Shown one piece after another: positions 35,896 to 49,499 of a DNA stretch of 64,000 nt. Each line of letters opens with the position of its first letter. Within the stretch, counting starts at the first letter, position 1. The stretch lies in NCBI RefSeq assembly GCF_963921235.1, contig NC_086108.1, forward strand, positions 112,842,001 through 112,906,000, in the 5' to 3' direction. The notes beneath the pieces were generated by a model that was not told the DNA's origin, searched no databases, and was given only the letters and a program-made list of their open reading frames with translations. The position numbers and the translations under genes were made by a program. Source of the DNA: Mobula hypostoma. Lineage: Eukaryota.

Positions 35896-37048
35896 CTCTT
35901 TTTCTGTAATTTAGTTTTTATTGAAGTTCATCAACAAACAAAACTTTCCATAAGATGTATTTCAGATACTGTACATATATATAATATAGTCATATTTGTC
36001 ACAAATCTCCACATAATATTTATCTGAGGTATACACTTATAGAAAGGAGAGGAAAGAAAGAAGAATCAAAAGAAGAAAACTATGTACCAAGTTAGGAGTG
36101 ATTATTTTTTAACAACATATTCATTGACTTGTGAGAATAAAATCAAGCCTATGAAGTTTTCTTTCTCTTTTTCTCTCTCTCCTTTTTCTCCCTCTGTCCC
36201 TCTCACTATACCCCTTGCCCATCCTCTGGGTTTCCCGCCCCCCCCCACTTTTCTTTCTCCCTAGGCCTCCTGTCCCATGATCCTCTCATATCCCTTTTGC
36301 CAATCACCTGTCCAGCTCTTGGCTCCATCCCTCCCTCTCTTGTCTTCTCCTATCATTTCAGATCTCCCCCTCCCCCTCCCACTTTCAAATCTCTTACTAG
36401 CTCTTATTTCAGTAATCCTGACGAAGGGTCTCGGCCCGAAACGTCGACTGTACCTCTTCCTAGAGATGCTGCCTGGCCTGCTGTGTGACTTTTGTGTGTG
36501 AGGCCTATGAGGTGTTATGTAGTTAAACCATTTTTCCCAGTATGAATCAAATTGTTCCAACTTATGACTAACAGATGCTGTTATCTTCTCCATTTTGTAA
36601 ATGTCCATTGTAATTTCCATCCATACATTTAAAGTTGGGCTCTCCTGTGATAACCATTTCCTGGTAAGGGTCTTTTTACCAGCCACCAGCAGTATATTCA
36701 TTAAATATTTATCTCTTTTCAACCATTCTTGAGGTATATACCCAAAATATATGGTCTTACTTTCTAAGGGTATTTCACATTTAAAGATGTCTTGTAGGGC
36801 ATTGTGTATCGCACTCCAATAGTTTTTGATAATGGGGCATTCCCAGAAAGTATGATAATGGTTTGCATTTTGATTTCCACAATTTCTCCAGCAAACAGGG
36901 AGGTTACTATCAAATTGGGATTTCTGAGAGGGTGTAATAAAATATCTTATCAAGTTTTTCCACCCGAACTCCCTCCATTTCTGTGAACTGGTACACTTCC
37001 ATTGATACCTCCATTCTTCATTATCCATTCTTCCTCAGATATTATCAT
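35896..37048 (-). mobile_element. 5'-truncated L1-clade element, itself interrupted by a Penelope 3' piece (about 36155-36497)
   Basis: ORF2 C-terminus with CWRNCG...H.FWECP; 16-bp TSD CTCTGTAGCCATTTTC at 35880-35895 and 37049-37064. Confidence 0.88.
36414..36449 (+). ncRNA. Minimal hammerhead motif with intact core and one stem I mismatch
   Basis: AATC-CTGACGA-AGGGTCTCGGCCC-GAAAC-GTC-GACT. Confidence 0.7.
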
Positions 37049-38921
37049 CTCTGTAGCCATTTTCAATGAGCTATGAACTTGGATTCCAAGATATCTCTGC
37101 TCAGCAACACTGCTAATGCCTTGCTCTTAAAAGTGTACTGTCTCCTTGTACTTACCCTACCAAGGTGCAACACTTCACATTTATCTGGGTTAAAACTCCA
37201 TCTGCCATTTCTCTGCCCATATCTGCAACTGGTCTCTATGGTGTTGTATTCATTGCCAGTCTTCTACACTGTCCACAATTCCACCAATCTTGGTATCATC
37301 TGCAAATTTACTAACCCATCCATCTACATATTCAATAAGGTCATTTTATGCATTACAAACAGCAGAGTTCTCAGCATAGATCCCTGCGGAACATCACTAA
37401 TTACAGACCTCCAGCTTGAAGAAGCTCCTTTAAACACTACCCCCTGACTTCTATATGCAAACCAGTTCTGAATCCAACAGCCAGTTCACCACAGATCCCA
37501 TGCATCTTCTGAATTAGTCTCCTATGAGGGGCTTTGTCAAACGCCTTACTGAAATAATATTCACTGCCCTACCCTATCAATCTCACGTCAACTTGTCAAA
37601 AAACTCAAATCAAATTGGTAAGACAAGACTTGCCCTGCACAAATCCATGCTGGCTCTCCACAATTAGGCCATGGGATTCCAAATGCTCATATATCCTATC
37701 CCTAAGAATTTTCTCCAGCAATTTCCCTACAACTGACATGAGATTCTCCAGTCTATACTTCCCAGAATTTACCCTTGTTCCCTTCTTAATTAGAGATATG
37801 ACATTAGCCACCCACCAGTCCTCTGGGACCTCTCGTATGGCTAGACGGGACACAAAGACCCCAGTCAAGAGCCCAGCAATCTCATCTCTTGCCTCCTTCA
37901 ATAACTCGGGGTAAATCCCATCAGGTGGGGACTTATCCTCCTTATAAGTCATTAGGAGACCCAACACTTCCTCCTCCTTGACCCCTAAATGTCCCAATGT
38001 AATTATACACTCAGCACTGATCTCCTGGTCATTTTCCTTGGTGACTACTGAAGTCAAATATTCATTAAGCACCTCACTCACATTCTCTGCATCTGAGGAA
38101 ATGCTACTGCCTTTATCCTTGAGTGGCCCCACCTTCTCCCTAGTTATCCCTTTAATCTTGATGTGTGTATGCATGCCTTGGGAGTCACCCTAATCCTACT
38201 TGCCAGACTCTTCATGGGCCCTCCTGGCATTTTAATTCCCTTTCGTTCTTTTCTGGCTACTTTATACTCATTGTGTGCTTTGTTTGACCCTGATTTCTGA
38301 AGTTTTACATAAGAGTCACAGCAGCAAAACAGGCCCTTCAGCCCATCTAGTCCATGCAAAAACTATTTACACTGCTTACTCCCAATGACCTGCAGCGGGA
38401 CCATATCCCTATCTACGTACCTTTCCAAACTTCTCTGTAACGTTGAAAATGAGCTTGCATGAACTACTTGTGCTGGCAGCTCATTCCACACTTTTCCTTT
38501 CTTCTTAACTAAATTCATCACCTCTCTGGACATTCAAGATTCTCTTATCTTTCTATTCACGCCCTTCCTTCTAACATGAACATACCTTGCCTGTACACTG
38601 TGCAATTGATCTTTAAAATCCCTTCACATATCTAACATGGACTTGTCAGAGGAAAGATATTCCCAATTAACCTTTCTTAGTTCCTGCCCAGTGCTCTTGT
38701 AATTTGCCCTACTCCAATTTAAAACCTTCCCACAAGGACCATACCTATCCTTATCTAAACCTATCCTGAAAGATAAAGAGGTGTGGTCACTGTTCACCCA
38801 AAGGTCAGTCACCTGGCCAGGCTCAACACCAGGTCCAGTATGACCCATCATCTCTTTGGACCATCTACATATTGACTTAAGGATCCTTCCAGGACACATT
38901 AAAACCCTTGCCCTAAGAAGG

Positions 38922-40053
38922 TGTCAGTACCTCCAGCTGAACTCCAGTATTGAGCATAAGAGCTGGAATGTTATGATGAGGTTGTGTAAGGCATTGGTGA
39001 GGCTGAATCTGGAGTATTGTGTTCAGTTTTGGTCACCAAATTACAGGAAGGATATTAATAAGGTTGAAAGAGTGCAGAGAAGGTTTACAAGGATGTTGCC
39101 GTGACTTGAGAAACTCAGTTACAGAGAAAGGTTGAATAGGTTAGGACTTTATTCCCTGGAGTGTAGAAGAATGAGGGGAGATTTGATAGAGGTATATAAA
39201 ATTATGATGGGTATAGGTAGAGTGAATGCAAGCAGGCTTTTTCCACTGAGGCAAGGGGAGAAAAAAAACCAGAGGACATGGGTTAAGGGTGAGGGGGGTA
39301 AGGTTTAAAGGGAACATTGGGGGGGCTTCTTCATATAGAGAGTGGTGGGAGTATGGAATGAGCTGCCAGACGAGGTGGTAAATGCGGGTTCTTTTTTAAC
39401 ATTTAAGAATAAATTGGACAGATACATGGATGGGAGGTGTATGGAGTGATATGGTCCGTATGCAGGTCAGTGGGACTAGGCAGAAAATAGTTCGTCACAG
39501 CCAAGAAGGGCCAAAAGGCCTGTTTCTGTGCTGAACTTTTTCTATGGTTTCTAACTCTGTCTTTTTGTGTGTTTTCCCCCTGGGTGTCAGTCTGTGGTTT
39601 TGTATTGCCATATGCTCGTTTGTTTTCATGCCCCATGTGCTCCTGTCCCCACTCCTGCTCTACTCCGGCCCCTGTATTACTGAGTACTCCGTCTCTCACC
39701 TGTTTCTCATTATTACCTGTATTGCTGCCACCTGTGTCTCATTGTGCTCCACCTATCATCTGTCTCTCTGTTTATTGCTCAGTGTATTTCAGTCCTGTGT
39801 TTTCACCTGTTTGTTGTCAGATTGTGCCAGTGAATTCTCCTGAGCCTTTCCAGCATTTGTATCTGTACTCTGCTTGTCTGAATATCGACTCTGCCCACTT
39901 CCCTATTCTGGTTTTTGGATTTCTCTGGATGTTTTGATCTCTGTGTGAACTCTGACGCTGACTTTGTTGCCCCTCTGGATTTGCTACTCAGTAAATATCA
40001 CAGTGTGCACAGTACTGGGTCTGCGATCGGGTCCCTGCTTCGGCGTCCTGACA
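38922..40053. mobile_element. Probable solo LTR interrupted by a CR1 3' fragment (plus, about 38947-39552)
   Basis: Termini TGTCAG...CTGACA; near-TSD GAAGG/GGAGG; host CR1 resumes after 40053. Confidence 0.65.
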
Positions 40054-40583
40054 GGAGGTCCCAGTTTATATTAGCAAAGTTGAAACCCCCCATGACAATA
40101 ACCCTATTATTTTTACACATTTCCTGAATCTGATTACACATCTGTTCCTCAATGTCCTGGTGGCAATTGGTTGGTTGGTTGGTTGGTTGGTTGGTTGGTG
40201 GGTGGGTGGTCTGTAGTACTATCCCATCAGTGTTATTGCACCCTTCCTATTTTGGAGTTCTCCCTAAATGGACTCTGAGTCTGACCCCTCTGCTGGGTGC
40301 AGCTGTGATATTGTCTCTGATTAGCAGTGCAGCTCCACTCCCTCCTTTACCTCCTCCTATCGTTCTTAAAATTTCAAAAACCCGGTACATTAATCACCCA
40401 TTCCTGCCCCTCTCTCAGCCAAGTTTCATTAATGGCCATAACATCGTACAGTTCCATGTACTGATTCATGCTCCAAGTTTATTATCCTTACCCATAATAC
40501 TTGTAGCATTAAAGCATATATACTTCAAACTATCCAATATCATACCATTTCAATTTTGCCTTTTAATGCTTTTCTTGACATCT

Positions 40584-42156
40584 ACCATAAATTCCGGCGT
40601 ACAAGTTGAGAATTTGGCCCTAAATTTTGGACCCAAAATTAGGGGTCGGCTTAAACAGAGGGTGCCAACTTTAGAAAAACGAATACTTGGAAGATAGGTC
40701 GTATTTACTGGCTGTTTTTGAGTCAAATACAAAAGAAAATGCAAATACTTATGAAATCTACACAAAAGAAAAGATCTACAAAACGCATTCTGTTTCTCAA
40801 TTTACTTGTACACACTGTTGTTGTCAAATGTTCTCTGAAACTCTCACACTCTTCATTATCTGACTCTCTGAAAATCGCGTCCCATTCTTCGGCGCATGAA
40901 TTCTTTGAATGGTTTGTTTAAACTCACATCTAGTGGCTGGAGCACCGACGTCAAACCACCGGGGACGACTGCAATGTCCGTATTTTCTGCTTTCATTGCT
41001 GCTTTTGTCTCACCTGACAAGTGCGCTTTGAACGTGTCCCAGACTTTTCCTTCCTGAAACCTTCGGGAAGTCGACGCCACACCTCCTTAACCCACTTTGT
41101 CCATTCAGCCATGTTCTTGAACATAAACAACACCCCGTGGGAATTTTTCTTTCTTTGGGAATGTTTTCCTCTTAAAAATCACCATCATGTCAGCCATACA
41201 CGTTAACATGACAGTAAAATGTTGCTTCTCGTGTCCAGTTGTTTTGACAAGGACTGTTTTCTCCCCCTTCTGATTGACAGTGTGGTTGCCAGCAAAATCA
41301 AAGAACATTGGTGTCTCGTCCATGTTACCAATAAGTGAGAGCGGGTAAAAATGTGCCTTTTGATGCTTGATAACAAACGATTGGAAGGCCGTAATCTTAT
41401 TCTCAAGGTCGCTTGGCAACTTCTGAGCAATCTTTGTTTTTTGTCTCAACACAAGATCACGTCTATTCACAAATTGGGTGCACCGACTTCGCGTAGCTTT
41501 GAAATTTCTGCTGACCTCACAGTGTTTTTCGGCCCATTTCAACAGTTGAACACGAATCATTTCTCTGGTAACAGTGTATCCAGACGGTCGCTGGTGATTC
41601 ACCCACTCTAAAACTTTTTCTTCCAGTTCTGGCCACTGGCATGTTTTCCCGCGGTTTGCACAGTTCGTCTTTGGCATTTCCCTCAGCGTGTCCTCTGCCT
41701 TTCTCCACTCTCTCACTTGTTTCTCGTTTACACTAAACTTCTTAGCAGCTGCAGAATTATTCGTTCCTTTAGCAAAATCAACAACCTTCAGCTTGAAGCC
41801 AGCATTATATTGCATTCGTTTTAGTCCTCTGTACATGGTGGTCGCAAACTCAATACTGAGTACACGTACTGATCCCGCCACCCCGTGTTATATTTTAACG
41901 AGATTGTGATGGGCGCTAAATGGTTTCAAGGGGGTTACATTTCAGAGGATTCTTTACCATTGGGAACCTAATCCAAAACTTCCCTCCCTGATTTACTTAT
42001 TAAGAATTCGCTTATAACGCTCTACAATGTGTAGACCTATTTTCTTAGGAGGTACTGGTTCACAAAATTTCCAGGTTCAAAATCCGGCAAAGCTGAGTAC
42101 CGCGGTTAAATCAAAAACCTCTACAAAAGGGGTCGGCTTATACACCGGGATTTACT
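40584..42156 (-). mobile_element. pogo-superfamily (POGK/Passer-like) DNA transposon with frameshifted, partly deleted transposase (41881-41105, 41080-40856)
   Basis: Brinker-type DBD YNAGFKLKVV, CENP-B HTH, GNMDETP, and GGLTSVLQPLDVSLNKPFK; imperfect TIRs TAAATTCCGGCGTACAAG / CTTATACACCGGGATTTA. Confidence 0.88.
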
Positions 42157-42558
42157 GCACTTTCCTGGAGGAAACTCACGTGGTCACGGGGAACACATCC
42201 TTGCAGACAGCAGTGGGAGTGAACCTGTGTTACTAGCACTGTAAAACGCCATGCTAACCACCACGCTACCAAGCTGCCCCACTTCTGTTTTAAAATGGTC
42301 TGTACATCTGGCATGAAAAACTAAAGTTTTCTCTGTACCTCGGTACACGTAACAATGATAAACGAATTTCCAACGTGTGGTGGGAGGGTTTGGTGTGAAT
42401 GGTGAGGGCTACGACCAGAGAAGGGTTTAGGAGCAGGGAGATACACAATGGCATGATCAAAGTTTGGTTACTGTAGGTGGAAAGGGGGAGAACACTCCAA
42501 GCAGGAGCAGAGGGCCTTTCAGTTCCACGCAGGGCCGAATGGTGAAAGCATGACATAC

Positions 42559-42624
42559 CTGCAGGAGAAGGTCGTGCATCGAGGGCACTTGTATTTTGCT
42601 TCCACAGCCCCACACGTTTCACAC
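42559..42624 (-). CDS. ZNHIT6: ZNHIT6 exon 2, zf-HIT (R)[22 protein letters not shown]
   Basis: ccaacag acceptor and gtatgt donor; 66 nt; CxxC...CPxC...C HIT zinc-finger motif. Confidence 0.95.
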
Positions 42625-43477
42625 CTGTTGGACACAAAGGAAAACCGTCACATCTAAACCTACTCTGGAGACAATAAGACCATAAGAGATAGGAGCAGAA
42701 TTAGGCCATTTGGCCCATCAAACCTGCCCTGAAATTCCATCATGGCTGATTTATTATCCCTCTCAACCACAGTCTCCTGCCTTCCTGTGCTGTACCCTCT
42801 GGTCCGACACTCCTCTGCTGTAGGAAACATCCTCGCCAACACCCACTGTATCTGGGTCTTTCAATACTTGGTAGGTTTCAATGAGATTCCCTTTCATTTT
42901 TCTAAACTCCAGTGAGTACAGAACCTGAGCCATCAAACACTCCTCATAAAAATCTTTCATTCTCTGGATCATTCCTGTGAACCTCCTCTGAACCCTCCCC
43001 GATGACAGGACAGCATTTCTTAATAAAGGGCCCAAAACGGCTCACAAAACTCCTAGTGCGGTCTGACCAGTGCCTTATAGAGCCTCAGCTACGTCCTTGT
43101 CCTCTGGAAATGAGTGGGCTCTTTCAGCACAATAAGCCGTGCTACCCAGCGACACACTAATTTAACCTCAGCCTTGGACAATTAACCTACTAACCGGTGT
43201 GTCTTTGGACTGTGGGAGGAAACCCGCACACACACGGGAAGAGCATAGAAACCCCTCACAGGCAGCACCAGAACTGAACTCCGAACTCCGACACCTGAGC
43301 TGTGATAGTGTCGTGCCAACCACCATGTTACTGTGGTGCCACGTTGATGTTGTTGTCCCCTTTCCGTGCCGCGTGGCACTTTGGGCAGCAACCTTGCCTC
43401 ATTATTTCCATCTTGCACTGCCTTTTTACATGGTCTTCGGCACACACATATATAACTAAGGCACCTGAGACGTTTGA

Positions 43478-43953
43478 ATACTGCATTTGTCAATGTGGAG
43501 CAGAGAGCCAGTTCGTAAACCTGGCAGGAGCAAAGGATGTTGGGAGTGGTGGGGGTGGAGCGCCAGAGGAGGGGTGTGGGACAGGTGGCAGACAAGGAGA
43601 GCCAGGGGTGGGGGTGGCATGAGTGCAGGTACACCCAGCCCTGAGACACCAGGTAACATCATTTGATTCTAAACAATTGGTTTATTGATCATTACAGAAC
43701 GTCTCTCTGGTGCTTCCCTCTCCCTCCCCCTTTTCCTAACCATGATTCCCCTCTCCCTGCCCCCTTCCCACTCTCAGTCCACAATAGAGACCCGTATCAG
43801 AATCAGGTCTGTCATCACTCACACACTGCATGTTATGACATATGTTTTGTTTTTGTGGCAGCAGTACAGTGCAATACACAAAATCACCACAGAACTGTAC
43901 AAAAGTCTTAAGCACCCTAGCTATATATAGGTGCCCAAGACTTTTATACAGTA
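43478..43953. mobile_element. Non-autonomous interspersed repeat, MITE-like; an inverted sister copy lies at about 45635-46060
   Basis: The two copies are reverse complements; palindromic end AAAAGTCTT..GCACC...GGTGC..AAGACTTTT. Confidence 0.65.
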
Positions 43954-44292
43954 GTATATCTATTGCCACCTTAAAACATATCCAACAATCAAGCCTTCAT
44001 CTCCCTCAGAGATTCTCTGTCTTCTGAGAGAAATCCCTATGCACCTCAGTTTTAAATGGCCAGCACGTGGTTTTCACGTCATGGAAACTGCCCCCCCCCC
44101 AGACTCTGTCTGCACGTACCACCAGGCTCACGCAGATTCTCTCCCACTGTTGTAAGACTAATGAACGGTCTCCCACACGATAAGATGGACACTTGATCTT
44201 ACAATCTTCCTCGTTATGACCTTGCATCTCATCGCCTGCCTGCACTGCACTTTGTAAGTATGAAGTAAATATATTATCAAAGTACATAGTAT

Positions 44293-44668
44293 ATCATCAT
44301 CATTATGTGCCGAGTTGTGTTTGACGTGGGCGATCGTGGTCTTTCCATGACCTTGATTGTTCTTGGCAAATTTTTCTACAGAAGTGCTTTGCCATTGCCT
44401 TCTTCTGGGCAGTGTCTTTACATGACGGGCGACCCCAGCCATTATCAATACTCTTCAGAGATTGCTTGGCGTCAGAGGTCACATAACCTGGACTTGTGAT
44501 ATGCACCAGCCACTCATGCGACCTGCTCCCATGGCTTCACGTGACCCTGACCGGGAGGGGAGTGGTGGGAGTAAGTAGATGCTACACCTTGCCTGAGGGT
44601 GACCTGCAGGCTACTGGAGGGAAAGAGTGCCTTACACTTCGTTTGGTAGGACGCCCCACCACCCAGCG
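44293..44668 (-). mobile_element. RTE-related SINE or short element with an (ATG)n tail
   Basis: GGCAATGGCAAA.CACTTCTGTA motif typical of RTE-derived SINEs; CATCATCAT at the left end. Confidence 0.55.
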
Positions 44669-44934
44669 TACTGTATATGTCACCAATACTACCCTGTCAT
44701 CCATTTCCTTGCAGTCAATCACAGGAAAATGAACACACTTTCTCTGTAACTGTAACACTTTATTCTGCATTCTGTTACTGATTTACCTTGTGCTACCTCA
44801 GTGCACTGACGTGTTGAAATGATCTGAATGGATGGCAGGGAAAACAATGTCTTTCACAATACCTCAGTAATAGTGATAACAATAAACTAATTTATTTACT
44901 TGTTTTATAGATATGCCCCTTTACTTGAGTGGAA

Positions 44935-47900
44935 ATGTGAGGGGTGACCTCATTGAAACCAGGCCTCAGTAGAGTGGATGTGGAGAGGATGTTTCCTCTG
45001 GTGGGAGAGTCTAAGACCAGGGGACACAGCCTCAGAATAGAGGGGCGTCCTTTTAGAATGCTCATGAGGAGGAATTTATTTCACCAGAGTGTGGCGAATC
45101 TTTGAAATATGTTGTCACAGGCAGCTATGGAGGACAAGTGTTAACGAATATTTAAGACACAGGTTGATAGATTCTTGATTGGTCAGGGTATGAAGGGCTA
45201 CGGGGAGAAGGCACGAGATTGGCGCTGAGAGGAAAAATGGATCAGCCATGATGAAATGGAGACGTAGACTCGATGGGCCAAATGGCCTAATTCCACTCCT
45301 AAATCTTATGGTCTAACAGACGGGAAGCCATCTACTTCACTGCCCCATCATGGCCGATTTATTATCAGAGGGCACAGACTCAGAACAGAGGAATGTACAT
45401 TTAGAACAGGAATGAGGAGGAATTTCTTTAGCCAGAGGGTGATGAATCATTGCCAGACAGCTGTGGAGGCCGAGTCAGTGGGTATATTTAAAGTGGAGGT
45501 AGTTAGGTTTTTGATTAGTCAGGGGGTCAAAGGTCACAGACAGAAGGCAGGAAAATGAAGTTAGGAGGGATAATCAGCCAAAATAGAATGGTGGAGTACA
45601 GCTGATGGGCTGAATGGCCCAATTCTGTGCCAGTAATGTGCAAAAATCTTGGGCGTCCATGTACAGCCAGGGTGCTAAAGACTGTAGTAATTTCATGTAT
45701 TGCACTGTACTGCTGCCAACAAAATAAACAAATTTCATGACATATGTGAGTGGTGATAAACCTGATTCTGATATAGGTCTCTATTGTGGTGGGGGAGGCA
45801 GGGAGAGGGGAGCAAGTGGGAACCACCAGGGACACATTCTGTAATAGTCAATAAACCAATTGTTCAGCATCAAATGACCTTGCCAGGTGTCTCAGGGCTG
45901 GGTGTGTCAGCACCCACTTCACCTCCAGTCCTGGCACTCCTTCTCTGCCACCTGTCCCACACCCCTCACATGGCGTTCCACCCTTTCCATTCCCAACATC
46001 CTTTGTTCCAGCCAAATTTACAAACACGCTCTCTGCTCCTCGTTGACAAATACAGTACTGTATGTCTTATCCACACCATCAAGCTCCCTTAGCTTATACG
46101 TTTGGAAAAGGACACCCTTCAGCCTAATTCCAAAGAACTGGGAACCAAAGTATCTAGCCTACCTCGATAGAACAACCCTCTCATCCCAGGAATGAGCCCA
46201 GTGAATGTATCTTGCTGTGATTTTCAGAAGTCACAACAGTATAGCGCAGGAACGGGCCCTGCGGCCCACCATATATGTGCCGAACATGATGCCAAATTAA
46301 AACTCAATCTCTTGTGCCTGACCTGATTCATTTCTCTTCATTTCCTGTATGTCCATACATCCCTGTAACAGCCTCTTAAACACGTTACCATATCTGCTTC
46401 CACCACCACTCCCGGCCATCTGCTCCAGATACAGAAACCTCAAGTCCCACACCGTCAAGTTCAGGAACAGCTACTTTGGTTCAAGAGCACAACTCTGATT
46501 CAAAGGTCCAAAGTACATTTATTATCAATGTATACAGCATACAACCCTGAGATTTGTCTTCCCCACTAACTGCCACAAAACAAAGAAACACCATGGAACC
46601 CGTTCAAAGAAAAACATCAAACACTCAACGTGCAAAGGACAAATCATGCAAACAGCAAAAACCAAAAAGAACACAGAATACAAACATCACACCACAGTCA
46701 CTGACACAGTCTGGGAATGTTCAGTTCCGTTTAGCGCTGTGCTGTGTGTTTCGTTGGCTGTAGGCCACGGAGTCGGTCTGCCACAATCAAAATCACGCAA
46801 AACAGCAAAAAAAAGGAGTGATCGGAAACCAGAAACACATAACATCAACTGCAGAGTCCAGTCCACAAGCCACATTGCCCAAGACCCAAGACTCCGGCAC
46901 CATCTTCCGACAGCATCAATAGGGAGGGGATGGGAGAGGGAGACCAGTCAAACAAAGGCACCTTCTCTGAGGAGCAGCAAGTAAGAACGAGACAGAGACT
47001 GGCACATGCAAGCACCCTAATCACCACAGTGTAGCTGCACAGTGGCCATACGAGCATTGAAAACTCAAATGGACTTCGTATTTTTGTCTAATCATTTCTT
47101 GTAAAAATTGTGTATAATTTATACACAATGCTGGAAGGAATAAACAGCTAATATTTCAGGACAAGACCTTTCATCAGTCCTGATGAAGGGTCATGGGCCA
47201 AAACGTCAACTGTTTATTCCTCTTCATAGATGCTGCCTGACCTGCTGAGTTCCTCCAGCATTTTGTGTGTGTTGCTCAGGGATTTCCAGCATCTGCAGAA
47301 TTTCTTGTGTTTCTATCTAATTTTTTTTTGTGTGAGTGTTGCTTAAATGTAATGCTGGGGATTTATAAGGCATCGGTCAGACCACACAGATTATTGTGAA
47401 CAGTTCTGGGCCCTTTACTCTAAGAAAAAATGTGCTGGCTTTGGAGAGGATCCAGAGGAGGTTCACGTGAATGATCCGAGGAATGAAAGGGTTAACATAT
47501 GAGCAGTGTTTGATGGCTCTGGGCCTGTAGTCGCTGGAGTTTAGAAGAACGCGACAGCGCCTCATTGAAACCTACTGAATATTGAAAGGCCTAGATAGAG
47601 AGGATGTGGAGAGGATGTTTCCTTTACTGGGAGAGTCTTAGACCGGACAGCATAGTCTCGTACAGAAGGTCGTTCCTTTAGTATAGAGATGAGGAGGTAT
47701 TTCTTTAGGCACAATGGCTGTGGAGGCCAAGACATTGAGTATATGTAAAGTGCAGGTTGATAGTTAATTAGTCAGGGTGTCAAAGGTTACGGGGAGAAGG
47801 CAGGAGAGTGAGGTTGAGAGGGAAAATAAATCAGCCATGATGGAATGGCAGAGCAGATAGGCCGAGTGGCCTAATTCGTCTGTCTTGTGGTCTTCTCTAA

Positions 47901-49410
47901 TCCTGCTGCAAGGTTTACATTCCATCTGTGGTTACAAGTACCACTTCAGTGCAAAAGAAATTGCCCTAACTTTCACCTTCTGACCTTAAATGCACACCGT
48001 TCATTATGTGACATTTCCACTCTGATGGCCTACCTTATCTATAGCTCTGGTAAATCTTCTATCAGATCTCCCCTCACCCTCTGCTGTTGCAGAGAAAACA
48101 ACCCAAGCTTGCCCAACTCCTTATAGTTCAAACCCTCCAATCCAGCCAGTATCCTAGTGAATCTCTTCAAAGCCTTTCTCTAAATGCACAGAATGCTCAA
48201 GGTCAGCCAAAATCCACCTTATTCGTCCAACTCCCTGATTAAAGTGGGTGCAGCTTACCCATGTCTCATCAGATTCTGAAGGTAATGATGGACTGAGCTT
48301 GTTCTCCTTCTACATTTCACTGTCTCTGTCCCCCCGCCAAATCAAAACACAAACTGCCACACTCCGCTTTACTGACCTAAACAGACCCTTCAGCCCATCT
48401 AGTCCGTGCCAAACTGTTACTCTGCCATAACAGATATTATATCCCACTGACCTGCACCTGGGCCATAGCCATACGTACCTATGCAAACTTCACTTACACG
48501 TGAAATCAAACCCGCATCCACCACTTGTGCTGGCAGCTCGTTCCACACTCTCACCACCCTCTGAGTGAAGAAGCTCCCACTCATGCTCCACTTAAATATT
48601 TTACTTTTCACCCTTAACCCATAACCTCCATGTCTACTCTCATCCAATCTCAGCGGAAAAAGCCTGCTTGCATTTGCCCTATTAATACCCCTCATAATTC
48701 TGAATACCTCAATCAAATCTCCCCTCCTCCTACACTCCAGGGAATAGTCCTAACCTATTCGACTCACTCAAGTCCTCACGTCCTGCCAATATCCTTGTAA
48801 ATTTTCTCAGTACTCTTTCAATCTTTCCTGTAGGTAGATAGAGCATATTACAACACGCTACAGGCCCTTCAGCCCACGATGTTGTGTTGACCCTTTAACC
48901 TACTATGATCAATCTAACCATTCCCTCCCGCGGAGCCCTCTATTTTTCTTTCAACCACGGGCCTACCTAAGAGTCTCTTAAATGTCCCTAATGTATCTGC
49001 CCCTACCACCACCTCTGGTACCATGTTCCACATACCCACCACTCTGTGTGAAATAAAACTGGCCTCAACACCCCCCACCCCATATTTTCCTCCCAACACC
49101 TTAAAATTATGCCCCCTTGTGTTAGCCATTCTGCCCTGGGAAAAAGTGTCTTGCTGCCCACTCCATCAATGCCTCTTATCATCTTGTACAGCTCTATCAA
49201 GTCATCTCTCATCCTCCTTCACTCCACAGAGAAAAGTCCTAGCTCACTCATCCTATCCTCATACGACAAGCTCTCTAATCCAGGCAGCATCCTGGTAAAT
49301 CTCCTCTGCACCCTCTCTAAAGCTTCCACACCCTTCCTATAGTGAGGTGACCTGAAATGCACATGATACTCAAAGTGCAGTCTAACCAGGGTTTTAGAGA
49401 ACTGCAGCAG
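44935..49410. mobile_element. Cluster of CR1 3' fragments (about 44935-45630 +, 47360-47900 +, 48375-49410 -) and a palindromic Penelope-terminus derivative (about 47125-47310)
   Basis: Repeated CR1 C-terminal motifs; TTCATCAG-TC-CTGATGAA head-to-head hammerhead remnants. Confidence 0.75.
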
Positions 49411-49499
49411 ACGTTTAGAGAAGCACATGAATGCGAGATAGAACAGTGCGGACATTGGGTAGGCAGAAGAGATTAGATACATAACATGCCAACTCAATA

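Larger units (their letters stand above)
35425..40580 (-). mobile_element. Long decayed CR1 hosting the L1, solo LTR and further CR1 insertions
   Basis: Collinear ORF2 fragments (e.g. 37605-38174, SQHGFVQGKSCLTNL) on both sides of the insertions. Confidence 0.8.

Noticed and set aside
48268..48340. Possible extra minus-strand exon ending at a GTAAGC donor
   Set aside because: Weak acceptor, no homology, and exon 1 already joins exon 2 in frame
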